Shown here in pieces: positions 16,155-24,905 of a stretch of 64,000 nucleotides of DNA. The translations under genes were made by a program, and so were the position numbers. Source of the stretch: a virus; the IMG/VR virus record IMGVR_UViG_2974548309_000001, positions 1 to 64,000 of that record. The stretch is one strand, 5' to 3'. Within the stretch, counting starts at the first letter, position 1; each line of letters starts with the position of its first letter. The notes beneath the pieces were generated by a model. It worked only from the letters and a program-made list of their open reading frames with translations. It did no database searches and was not told where the DNA came from.

Positions 16155-16565
16155 ATGTTTCTAAAGAAGGCGATGTTGCTGGCAAGAGAGCAGGCTCTCA
16201 AAGATTACAAGCATAAGCTTGTGGTAGGAATCCCCGATAAATCTGTTCCTCAGTATAACTACAAATGCCATATCAATGCTGCTCAGGCTGTAAAGACTGG
16301 ATTAGCTGTAGGCGTTGTTGAAGTAGTTATTATCTATTCAGATATGTGTATAGCTCACTACGTGAGTCTCATGGCTGATGGAACCATTGTGGATTTCACA
16401 TTGGGTATTGAGGTTCTAGATGCAGATGTACGTCTCGTTCGTTATGTTCATCCTGATGAATACAACAACATGAACGATACTCTCTGGAATCTTAAAAAGC
16501 ATTTGTGCAGAAACCTGCCTTGGTATATCCGAGCTAATGACAAAAGTCTTAGGGAAATCTGCTAA
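16155..16565 (+). CDS. Hypothetical protein (136 aa)
   Basis: Intact ORF. Confidence 0.5.
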   Translation: MFLKKAMLLAREQALKDYKHKLVVGIPDKSVPQYNYKCHINAAQAVKTGLAVGVVEVVIIYSDMCIAHYVSLMADGTIVDFTLGIEVLDADVRLVRYVHPDEYNNMNDTLWNLKKHLCRNLPWYIRANDKSLREIC

Positions 16566-17377
16566 TGAAAGAACAAGAGCAACTCAGGAAAGATATTTCC
16601 CGTATCTTTTCTATCTTTAAAGCCAGTGAATGTCAGTTGAGACCTCACTTCATTCTGACTGGCGAAAGTGGTACTGGAAAAACCTTTTTAATTAAGTCTC
16701 TGGCTGACCAGCATAAGATGGACTACATCGAAATTAATGCTGCTCAGCTAACCAAAGAAGGCTTATCGGGTAATAGCTTAAGCAAAGCTTTAGCTCCTTT
16801 ACGCCAAGCCAACGGTAATCCTGTTATTTGCTTTGTAGATGAATTCGACAAGTTATTCATCGCAGGCAATAACAATAGTGAGTTGGCTCATGAATCTACC
16901 AATGGAGTTCAGAATGAATTCCTGAAGGTTCTGGAAGCCGAGTATACCTCGGTATTTGGCGACTATGGCAAGTATGTGGACGTGCCTGTAAGTAACGTCC
17001 TGTTTGTCTTTGCCGGAGCATTCAATGGAGAACCGGATATTACTCTGGATAAACTCCGTAGCTTTGGTGTGAAGACTGAATTCTTAGGCCGTGTTGGTTT
17101 GGTATACAACACTGTCAAAGTCAGTCTGGAGTCTTTAATTAATATACTTAAAGGCTCATCTACTCTCTCAATGTATCTGGATTTATTTCCAGAAGTTAAG
17201 AGAGATAAAGCTGTCTCTGATATCTCAGCATTTATCAAAGATAATTATGAGATGAATACGTTGGGTATTCGTATGGTTAATACGTTAATTACTCAGTATT
17301 TCATTCAGGACGGTAAGCTTTCCCGAGATGAAGTCAAATCCAGTACTTTCCAAAACAAACTTAAGTTTGGTGAGTAA
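16565..17377 (+). CDS. ClpX/HslU-like AAA+ ATPase lacking an N-terminal zinc-binding domain
   Basis: Walker A 'GESGTGKT' and Walker B 'ICFVDEFDK' are present. 'NGVQNEFLKVLE...LFVFAGAF' parallels ClpX 'EGVQQALLKLIEG...LFICGGAF'. Confidence 0.55.
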   Translation: MKEQEQLRKDISRIFSIFKASECQLRPHFILTGESGTGKTFLIKSLADQHKMDYIEINAAQLTKEGLSGNSLSKALAPLRQANGNPVICFVDEFDKLFIAGNNNSELAHESTNGVQNEFLKVLEAEYTSVFGDYGKYVDVPVSNVLFVFAGAFNGEPDITLDKLRSFGVKTEFLGRVGLVYNTVKVSLESLINILKGSSTLSMYLDLFPEVKRDKAVSDISAFIKDNYEMNTLGIRMVNTLITQYFIQDGKLSRDEVKSSTFQNKLKFGE

Positions 17378-17512
17378 CGTGTCCAAATCTCCTATTGCTT
17401 GGGATGTATTTCGCATTCCCAGTACTCTTATTATCCGAACCAAGAAAACACATGTAGCCAAGATTGCTCGCAATCAAGGTTACAGAGTGATTCCTGTGTT
17501 CGGTAAAGGGTA

Positions 17513-17529
17513 AAGCGCCTCCGGCGCTT
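17513..17529 (+). promoter_or_regulatory. Stop-anchored hairpin aagcgcc-tcc-ggcgctt
   Basis: 7-bp stem with a 3-nt tcc loop, beginning at a TAA stop; no T-run. Confidence 0.4.
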
Positions 17530-17608
17530 GCCTCGGAAAAAGAAAGAGAAATTAACTCTCTTCATTAAAACAATGTAATTTTATCCCAATCTGAAAAGGT
17601 AAATCGAA

Positions 17609-19051
17609 ATGGCTAAAACTCTTAAACAAGACGAAAAAGAAGTTCACGTAGCAGAAGTCGTGCGTCACGGCGAAAAAATCATTCTGCCTGAGCAGATGAA
17701 GATGGGTGATGCTATCGACCTGTTGAAGCGTCGTCAGAAGTACGACGAAGAAGAAGTTGTTGTGCGCCGTACCTACAACGTATTCCCGTGGGATGGTGCC
17801 CATGCACTGATGAACGCGCTGACCGAACGTTACGGCTGGGCCGCTGCTGAAGCAACTCCGGGCTTCTTCGGTTCTAACCCGCCGCAGATGCTGGACGTAC
17901 AAGTCGGCTACGGTCGTACCAAAAAAGTACCGTGGGGCCGCTTCTCTCTGCCGCAGGTTGAAGGCTTTGTTCAGACCTCTGTCGCCAAGAAAGATGGCCG
18001 TATCAGCTTTGAGCTGGTAGCCAAAGTACTGCGCGCTGACGAGCGTACTATCGAACTACTGTTCGATACCGTGGAAGACAAGCTGCGCACTGAATCCATT
18101 TATATGGGTCAGGCGATTAAGATTCGCTTCCGCGATAACGACGGCGACCTGCTGGAAATGCCGGAACCGGAATTCATGAATCTGCAAGGTATCTCGCGCG
18201 ATTCTCTGGTTTATTCCGACGATGTTAACCAGCTGATTGAAACCAACCTGTTCACGCCGATTGAGCGCGTCGAAGACTGTATCGCCAACCACATGCCGGT
18301 TAAACGCGGCGTACTGCTGGGTGGGCCATACGGTACTGGTAAAACTATGGCTGCGACTGTTGCTGCGTCTATCGCGGTTAAAACTGGCGTTACCTACGTT
18401 TACGTGCCGCGTTCTGACGAGCTGTCTGATGCGATTCAGTTCGCTAAGCAGTACAGCGATAAGGCGTGCGTTATCTTCTGTGAAGATATCGACCGTGCTG
18501 TATCCGGTGAACGTAGCGTGAAGATGGACGATATCCTGAACATTCTGGATGGTATCGACACCAAATCTTCTCGCATCATCACCGTTCTGACTACCAACCA
18601 CCTCGAAAACATCAACCCGGCAATGCTGCGTCCGGGCCGTCTGGATGCCATCATCGATGTGACTCCGCCAGACGCGAAAGCAGTTGAAAAACTGGTTCGT
18701 CTGTACGGTCGTGACACTATCGACGCATCTGAAGACCTGACCCTGGTTGGCGAAGCGCTGGCTGGTACCATTCCGGCGGTTATCGCTGAAGTGGTTAAAC
18801 GTGCCAAGCTGCACCAGCTCCAGTATCAGGAGCCGGGTACCGTTATCGAGCAAATCAGCGGTAAAGCACTGCTGGATTCCGCTCTGACCATTCAGGCTCA
18901 GCGTAAACTGCTCGAAGAGCAGAGCAAGCCGAAAGTGAAAGAGCCAACCTTTAACGAAGTTATCGCAAACGCAGTTGCTCCGGCAATTGAAGCGGCGGTT
19001 AGCAAAGTTACCGGTCAGGTAGCAGAAATGCACGAACGCATCGTAGATTAA
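17609..19051 (+). CDS. Classical-clade AAA ATPase (FtsH/Cdc48-like AAA module with about 220-aa novel N-terminal region); host-like GC-rich codon usage
   Basis: 'LLGGPYGTGKT' is a Walker A motif and 'IFCEDIDR' a Walker B motif. 'TTNHLENINPAMLRPGRLD' is the sensor/second region of homology. Strong RBS 'AAAAGGTAAATCGAAATG'. Confidence 0.65.
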   Translation: MAKTLKQDEKEVHVAEVVRHGEKIILPEQMKMGDAIDLLKRRQKYDEEEVVVRRTYNVFPWDGAHALMNALTERYGWAAAEATPGFFGSNPPQMLDVQVGYGRTKKVPWGRFSLPQVEGFVQTSVAKKDGRISFELVAKVLRADERTIELLFDTVEDKLRTESIYMGQAIKIRFRDNDGDLLEMPEPEFMNLQGISRDSLVYSDDVNQLIETNLFTPIERVEDCIANHMPVKRGVLLGGPYGTGKTMAATVAASIAVKTGVTYVYVPRSDELSDAIQFAKQYSDKACVIFCEDIDRAVSGERSVKMDDILNILDGIDTKSSRIITVLTTNHLENINPAMLRPGRLDAIIDVTPPDAKAVEKLVRLYGRDTIDASEDLTLVGEALAGTIPAVIAEVVKRAKLHQLQYQEPGTVIEQISGKALLDSALTIQAQRKLLEEQSKPKVKEPTFNEVIANAVAPAIEAAVSKVTGQVAEMHERIVD

Positions 19052-19065
19052 TCTATCGGTGCAGT

Positions 19066-19090
19066 AGCGCTCGGATACGCCTCCTATGGG
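19066..19090 (+). terminator. Hairpin acgcctcc-tatg-ggggcgt (one G·U) + ttctagtt; weak terminator
   Basis: Stem-loop directly after the 19051 stop. Confidence 0.3.
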
Positions 19091-19117
19091 GGCGTATTCT
19101 AGTTAACTGGAGGTCGT

Positions 19118-19798
19118 ATGAAAAATCTCTATATGAAGATTGATGGTAGCCAGTATAAACGAATCTTCGTTGTCGGAGATTTGCATGGCTGCCTCACTGA
19201 ATTACAACAACAGTTATGGGCTAACCAGTTTGATACTCAAACTGACTTACTCATTTCTGTTGGTGATTTAATTGACCGAGGTCCTGATAGTTTAGGCTGC
19301 TTACGCCTAATCAATGAACCTTGGTTTAAAACTGTATTGGGTAACCATGAAGTTATGGCACTCAATGCATTGGCTTCTGAACCAGATACTCATGAAAGTG
19401 ATATGGCTTACATGGACTGGTTTCGCAATGGTGGTACATGGTTAATGTACATACCAGAAGAACAGAAGTCAGAAGTGCTCGAACTCTTTACTCAGGTAGC
19501 TGACCTGCCGGGTATCATTGAAGTCTCAGTAGATGACAAAACTATTGTTATCTGCCATGCAGACTACCCTTCAAACCAGTACGAGTTTGGTAAAGACGTT
19601 GACGTAGAAGCTTTGCTTTGGAATCGTGAACGTATGGTTAGAAACCAAAACTCAAGAGGTACTGTCATTAAAGGTGCTGACGAATTCTATTTCGGACACA
19701 CACCTGCCAAAGACCCTGTGCAATACCATAACCAAAACTATATCGACACTGGTGCAGTGTTCGAGAAGGGCCGGTTAACAATGGTACAAATCAAGTAA
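19118..19798 (+). CDS. Ser/Thr protein phosphatase (λ-PPase / PrpA-like, calcineurin-like metallophosphoesterase)
   Basis: Motifs 'GDLHG', 'GDLIDRGP' and 'GNHE' are in the canonical order. Confidence 0.85.
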   Translation: MKNLYMKIDGSQYKRIFVVGDLHGCLTELQQQLWANQFDTQTDLLISVGDLIDRGPDSLGCLRLINEPWFKTVLGNHEVMALNALASEPDTHESDMAYMDWFRNGGTWLMYIPEEQKSEVLELFTQVADLPGIIEVSVDDKTIVICHADYPSNQYEFGKDVDVEALLWNRERMVRNQNSRGTVIKGADEFYFGHTPAKDPVQYHNQNYIDTGAVFEKGRLTMVQIK

Positions 19799-19813
19799 CT
19801 GCCTCCGGCAGTT
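19797..19813 (+). promoter_or_regulatory. Stop-anchored hairpin aactgcc-tcc-ggcagtt
   Basis: Third member of the tcc-loop family. It begins at the phosphatase TAA. Confidence 0.4.
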
Positions 19814-19847
19814 GCTTTGGTTACTTCACATCTGCATAGGTGCTCAA

Positions 19848-20159
19848 ATGAAAATCGTGAAATTTGGTGTTATTAATTTTAGTCCTGCTGGTAAACCTAT
19901 ACCTGAACACTTTCAGGTAGACTTTGAATCAGCTGAGGAAAAGAAACTGTACGAAACAGACCACAGATACTTCATCTCAATGTTAATGGCAGCTATTTCT
20001 AAGCACATGAGCATTGAATCAATGAGCTGCGCGAGTATCGTTGATAGACTCGTTGAGAACGATTCTAAAGCGTTTACTCAGCCGGGTAAGGGATACGACA
20101 AGTCTCCTGAACAAATCGTCGTAGAATCGCTTCTACGTGCCTCTACGAAGCATGAATAA
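19848..20159 (+). CDS. Hypothetical protein (103 aa)
   Basis: Intact ORF; first ATG of track ORF 19812..20159. Confidence 0.45.
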   Translation: MKIVKFGVINFSPAGKPIPEHFQVDFESAEEKKLYETDHRYFISMLMAAISKHMSIESMSCASIVDRLVENDSKAFTQPGKGYDKSPEQIVVESLLRASTKHE

Positions 20160-20227
20160 CATCATCATGACTTTCATCTTGGGCATTCTTTGGATACTGG
20201 ACCTCTACTTAAAATATTAGGGGGAAT

Positions 20228-20494
20228 ATGTCAGAAGAATCTCCAAACAAATCATATCGTGGAAACATGATGTGTGTTCAGTTCAGTTATGATTTTAAAA
20301 TCATTCTCCCCATTGAAGACGGTAAAGCCCTGCTCGAGTTATTGAGTAGGGCTGAACTGTATGTCAGTGAATATAAGGGGCCTGAACGAATTGAACCAAT
20401 GGATAAAGATATCCAGGTTAAGTTCATTGCCAGAACCAAGTATGAATTACTTAAGTTAGCTTTTATGAGACACGAAGATGGCAAATCTGACTAG
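20228..20494 (+). CDS. Hypothetical protein (88 aa)
   Basis: Intact ORF. Confidence 0.45.
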   Translation: MSEESPNKSYRGNMMCVQFSYDFKIILPIEDGKALLELLSRAELYVSEYKGPERIEPMDKDIQVKFIARTKYELLKLAFMRHEDGKSD

Positions 20495-21722
20495 TTGTCA
20501 GGACTCTGCTGCAAAGCAGTTTATGTCTTTTCTGTGTACTCCAGCAAAGCATATGGTTATCTCTGGTCCACCCGGAGTAGGCAAGACGTATATGCTCAAT
20601 CACATGATTGAGATGCTTCCGAGCAGTCATCGTATTGCAACCATATTAGGTGCTGAACCTCTCAACAATGTTGTTGTATCAGCTACAACTAATAAAGCTG
20701 CTGAAGTACTTCAGGAAAGATTTCAAACCACAGTAAAAACCATATATTCTGCTTTAGGTTTAATGGTCAGAGATGACTATAGAACTGGTGAAACCATCAC
20801 CACTAAAGGTAAGAATTTTCAACCACTGTCAGATACGCTAGTCCTGCTAGACGAAGCATCAATGGCAGATACTCCATTACTGAACCTGATTGAAGAAGGT
20901 ACCCGTAGAAACTGTAAAATAGTTTTTATCGGTGACCATTGTCAGTTAGCGCCAGTGTCAGAGCAGATTAGTCCTGTATTCAATTCAGGCTATCTCACTT
21001 CATATCTCAATACCCAAATGAGGACTAATAATAGTCCAGAGTTAACTCTACTTAATACTCAGTTACGTGAGACAGTAGAGACGGGTGTCTTCAGACCAAT
21101 AATTCCAGTTCCCGGAGTCATAGACTTCTTAGGGGATGATGCAATGAGAGGCGCAATGCAAGCTCATTTCATCCAACAGGAATCTCCCGGTCATAAAATC
21201 CTCGTATTTACCAATAATACCGTTCAAGGCTACAACCAATACATAAGAACCAAGAAGAACTTACCACCTATAGTTCAAGTTGGTGACAATGTTGTCTCTA
21301 ACAACAGTATCGAGTGTGGTTCTAAACGCACTGTTATTGAAAAGAACTATGCTGTTTATTACGTAAGTGAAATCAAATATGACGATGTAGTACCTTATTA
21401 CTTCGTTGATATTGGTATTGGTACTTATGTACGTCAGCCAGTAGATTACAGTGAACTTCAAAAGTTCATTAGGTTAGCTGCTGACAGAAAAGATTGGGTT
21501 GAGTACTTCAGGTTGAAGAATGGATTCGCAGACTTGCGATTTTCATATGCTTCAACTGTGCATAAATCTCAAGGTTCTACCTACCATACTGTCTACATAG
21601 ACATTGGTGATTTATGTGTCTGTAAGGACATAAACCAATTAGCTCGCTTGCTGTATGTTGCAGTTAGTAGAGCCACTACGAGAGTAGTCTTTTATGGTAA
21701 TCCTCCTCGATTCATGAGGTGA
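20478..21722 (+). CDS. Dda/RecD-like SF1 DNA helicase
   Basis: 'GPPGVGKT', 'LLDEASMAD', 'IGDHCQLAPV' and 'VHKSQGSTY...YVAVSRAT' are the SF1 motifs I to VI. Confidence 0.85.
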   Translation: MANLTSCQDSAAKQFMSFLCTPAKHMVISGPPGVGKTYMLNHMIEMLPSSHRIATILGAEPLNNVVVSATTNKAAEVLQERFQTTVKTIYSALGLMVRDDYRTGETITTKGKNFQPLSDTLVLLDEASMADTPLLNLIEEGTRRNCKIVFIGDHCQLAPVSEQISPVFNSGYLTSYLNTQMRTNNSPELTLLNTQLRETVETGVFRPIIPVPGVIDFLGDDAMRGAMQAHFIQQESPGHKILVFTNNTVQGYNQYIRTKKNLPPIVQVGDNVVSNNSIECGSKRTVIEKNYAVYYVSEIKYDDVVPYYFVDIGIGTYVRQPVDYSELQKFIRLAADRKDWVEYFRLKNGFADLRFSYASTVHKSQGSTYHTVYIDIGDLCVCKDINQLARLLYVAVSRATTRVVFYGNPPRFMR

Positions 21723-22198
21723 TTATGATAGATAAAAGTGCCTACACTAAATCCAAATTCAAAATGGAATTACTGGATTGGATTTGTAATAAAATCACCG
21801 ACCCCTTCTGCTCATTTGTATCAGAAGAGGAGCATAAGCTATGTATGGCAAATGATACCCCTCAAGGATTCATGGTTGATAACATGATTTTTAAAGAGGG
21901 TTCAGACAACTTAGCTTTTGGTTGTAAGCCAGAGTTACTTGAAAGAGCCAAAGAGATTTGGTTACTCAAACTCAAAGTAAAAGAAGACTGGAATAGGATT
22001 GAAGGATACTTCAGAAGAATCATTGCTCGTATGGATGAGGTAGGGCAGTTGTATTGTTATGTCCCGCAGTTCATGCATAAAGCTTTAGATGAAGCATTCA
22101 TCGATGTAAGGAATAAATCTCCCATACCGGGGATTCACCCTGACCCAGAAATCTACAAACTCATTTCATTCTATGTAATGTCTCGATTGGTGATTTGA
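21719..22198 (+). CDS. Hypothetical protein (159 aa)
   Basis: ORF with ATGA overlap. Confidence 0.5.
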   Translation: MIMIDKSAYTKSKFKMELLDWICNKITDPFCSFVSEEEHKLCMANDTPQGFMVDNMIFKEGSDNLAFGCKPELLERAKEIWLLKLKVKEDWNRIEGYFRRIIARMDEVGQLYCYVPQFMHKALDEAFIDVRNKSPIPGIHPDPEIYKLISFYVMSRLVI

Positions 22199-22467
22199 TG
22201 AGATACGCATTTGTCATATCAAAGCTCATAGCTGTTGAGTACACCATCTTAAGGGATGGACTCCCTACACAGCTACTTGAGTCAAGATACACAGATGTAG
22301 GTATGTCCAGAACTTACTTTCTTGAAGTATCTGCCATTACAGATGAGCTATTTGACTTCATGGCTGAGCTGAAAAGTGAAGGCAGAGAGTATAGACTTAT
22401 GGACCTACTCGATTCTCCGCCAGATTTACCAGAGGTTAACTTAGATAATGAGACACCTGATTTTTGA
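22195..22467 (+). CDS. Hypothetical protein (90 aa)
   Basis: Intact ORF. Confidence 0.45.
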   Translation: MMRYAFVISKLIAVEYTILRDGLPTQLLESRYTDVGMSRTYFLEVSAITDELFDFMAELKSEGREYRLMDLLDSPPDLPEVNLDNETPDF

Positions 22468-24388
22468 ACCAGCTTCAAGATATCCAATTGCTATTCTCAT
22501 TAAACCTCAACAGCTTAGGAAGAAAGAGTTACGGGAACACTACATTGACCCCACTGGTTTAAAGCCAAGTCAATTTATTGCATTCGACCTTGAATATAAT
22601 GGGAAGAAAGCACCCGTAAAGTTGCAGAAAGACTATCTAGCCCAACTCCTACCAGAGCTATGTAATCTACGCACAGAATACGTTCTGTGTTGTGATGCAG
22701 CCTATTTCAAGACTCTAACCAAGCAAACAAAAGCAGAGCCATATTATGGCTACTCTTTGCCATGTGCGCTTAAAGGTTTTGAGCACTTGAATATCATTCT
22801 TTGTCCTAACTATGGCGGTCTGTTCTATGACCCAAATATCCAAGGCAAGATTGATTTAGGCTTACAGGCATTAGTCGGTAAGGTGCAAAAGTCCTATCAG
22901 GAACTTGGACAAGGTATTATCCATTCTGCTTACTATCCTGAGACTGTTGAAGACATTGAATCTTGGTTAGATTCTCTTCATCAATATCCAATATTGGCTT
23001 CGGATATAGAGGCATTTAGCCTCAAGTTCTATACAGCAGGTGTCGGTACCATTGGCTTTGCATGGGACCAACATAATGGTGGAGCATTCGCTGTTGATTA
23101 TACGAATGAACCAGAAAAAGCTAATAGGATAAGGTTGGCTCTTAAGAAGTTCTTTGAAACTTATAAAGGCAAACTGATTTGGCATAACGCTGGTTATGAC
23201 TTAACAGTACTTATCCATCAGCTTTGGATGAAAGGACTGCTAGACCAGAAAGGACTGCTTAAGGGCTTACATACTATGTGTCGTGATTTTCACGATACTA
23301 AGATTGTTACATATCTGGCTACCAATTCATGTGCAGGTAATGAGTTAGGGCTGAAAGCTCAGTCTCATGAGTTTGCTGGAAACTATGCACAGGAAGATAT
23401 TGCTGACATTACTAAAATTCCTATCAAAGAGCTTCTGGAGTACAACTTAGTTGACTGCTTAAGCACTTGGTATGTGGCTGATAAACATGCAGACACAATG
23501 GTCTTGGATGACCAGTGGAATATCTACAATGAGCTAATGCTACCTTCTCTGAAAAATATTATTCAGATGCAATTAACCGGTATGCCTATTGATATGGCAG
23601 AGGTTAAGAAGGTTAAGGCAGATATGGAGAAGGAACGAGATGGGTATCTGAGAGCAATTAAAGCTTTCAGTGTCGTTGATGTTCTGGTTCATAGGTTAAG
23701 GGTTAACCATGTAGAAACACGTAATGCCGGTCTGAAGACAAAGCAAATTACTCTGTCTGATGATGAAACGTTAGCAATAGAATTTAATCCAAATTCAAAC
23801 CCTCAGATGCAGGAACTGTTGTATAGTATTATGGGTTTACCTGTAATCGATTTAACTGAATCCAAACAGCCAGCTACAGGCGCTGATACATTGGATAAGT
23901 TAATCAACCATACAACAAATGAAAGACATAAAAAGATTCTCGAATGCCTTATTAAGTATTCAAAGGTAGAGAAAATCCTATCTGCATTTATTCCAGCATT
24001 TGAAGAAGCACCTTTAGCCGAAGATGGGATGCATTATCTCTTCGGTAGTTATAACTTAGGCGGTACTGTATCCGGTCGTTTGAGTTCATCAAAACCAAAC
24101 ATGCAACAGATTCCATCCTCTAAGAGTCCGTATGCTAAGCCAATCAAGCGATGCTTTAAGGCGGCAAAAGGTAAATTACTTATTGGATTGGATTTCGCTA
24201 GTTTGGAAGACCGTATTTCAGCTCTGACAACCAAAGACCCTAATAAACTTAAAGTGTACATGGGCCATACCGTTTACGAAGTGAACATTAATGGGACTAT
24301 CCATCATATCCGTGATGATGCTACAATCACCTTTGATGGTAAAACCTATACAGGGGAAGAATTTTATGACGCCTTTGGCTCACTTTGA
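22448..24388 (+). CDS. DNA polymerase (family A), N-terminal fragment: 3'-5' exonuclease region through polymerase motif A ('LDFASLEDRISAL')
   Basis: Motif A 'D-x-S-x-x-E-x-R' aligns with Pol I 'DYSQIELR'. The fragment terminates before motif B. Confidence 0.7.
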   Translation: MRHLIFEPASRYPIAILIKPQQLRKKELREHYIDPTGLKPSQFIAFDLEYNGKKAPVKLQKDYLAQLLPELCNLRTEYVLCCDAAYFKTLTKQTKAEPYYGYSLPCALKGFEHLNIILCPNYGGLFYDPNIQGKIDLGLQALVGKVQKSYQELGQGIIHSAYYPETVEDIESWLDSLHQYPILASDIEAFSLKFYTAGVGTIGFAWDQHNGGAFAVDYTNEPEKANRIRLALKKFFETYKGKLIWHNAGYDLTVLIHQLWMKGLLDQKGLLKGLHTMCRDFHDTKIVTYLATNSCAGNELGLKAQSHEFAGNYAQEDIADITKIPIKELLEYNLVDCLSTWYVADKHADTMVLDDQWNIYNELMLPSLKNIIQMQLTGMPIDMAEVKKVKADMEKERDGYLRAIKAFSVVDVLVHRLRVNHVETRNAGLKTKQITLSDDETLAIEFNPNSNPQMQELLYSIMGLPVIDLTESKQPATGADTLDKLINHTTNERHKKILECLIKYSKVEKILSAFIPAFEEAPLAEDGMHYLFGSYNLGGTVSGRLSSSKPNMQQIPSSKSPYAKPIKRCFKAAKGKLLIGLDFASLEDRISALTTKDPNKLKVYMGHTVYEVNINGTIHHIRDDATITFDGKTYTGEEFYDAFGSL

Positions 24389-24905
24389 AAAACGGTACGC
24401 AATTACCGAACAAGGCCAGATTATTAATCTGGCTAACAACCAACCACTCAAACCAACAGAAAATGAAAATGGTTATCTGAAGGTAGGATTGGCAACTGGT
24501 GACGGTGGGCATGTTCAAGAGTTAGTTCACATTCTTGTAGCTAAACACTTCATCCCTAACCCCTATGGCCACCCACAAGTGAACCATAAAGATGGGGTAA
24601 AGGCTAACTGTGCTAAAGACAATTTAGAATGGTGTTCAGCGCAAGGAAATGTACTTCATGCTTTGCAGTATGGATTACGACCCGGCTATATGTCAGCAGA
24701 CGATAAAGAGCAGCATTTAATGAGTGTGCTTGCAGGAGTGCAAGTTAGCGAATTAGCAGCTCAGATAAATCGTAGACCGGAAACGTTACACAAGATGTTG
24801 CGGGAAACTGCGAAACGGTTAGGTCTATCCTCCCAATGGGATGCACAAATGAAGGAGAATCGCCGTAATGCAGCTATTCGAAACCTTGCAAAAATCAACT
24901 CTTGA
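24366..24905 (+). CDS. HNH homing endonuclease inserted between the two DNA polymerase fragments
   Basis: 'NGYLKVGL...HILVAKHFI...VNHKDGVKANCAKDNLEW' is an HNH core. The gene is in a different frame from both polymerase fragments and overlaps each by 23-38 nt. Confidence 0.65.
   Translation: MTPLAHFEKRYAITEQGQIINLANNQPLKPTENENGYLKVGLATGDGGHVQELVHILVAKHFIPNPYGHPQVNHKDGVKANCAKDNLEWCSAQGNVLHALQYGLRPGYMSADDKEQHLMSVLAGVQVSELAAQINRRPETLHKMLRETAKRLGLSSQWDAQMKENRRNAAIRNLAKINS

Noticed and set aside
18056-19033. 325-aa − strand ORF inside the AAA ATPase gene
   Set aside because: It is the antisense frame of a GC-rich gene. The translation is Arg/Gln/Val-rich nonsense, and no other leftward genes occur in this block.
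24291-24905. Intein or group I intron explanation for the DNA polymerase split
   Set aside because: The three ORFs are in three different frames, which excludes an intein. The HNH ORF fills the entire gap and overlaps both fragments, leaving no room for a ribozyme core. This differs from the 13153..14011 case.
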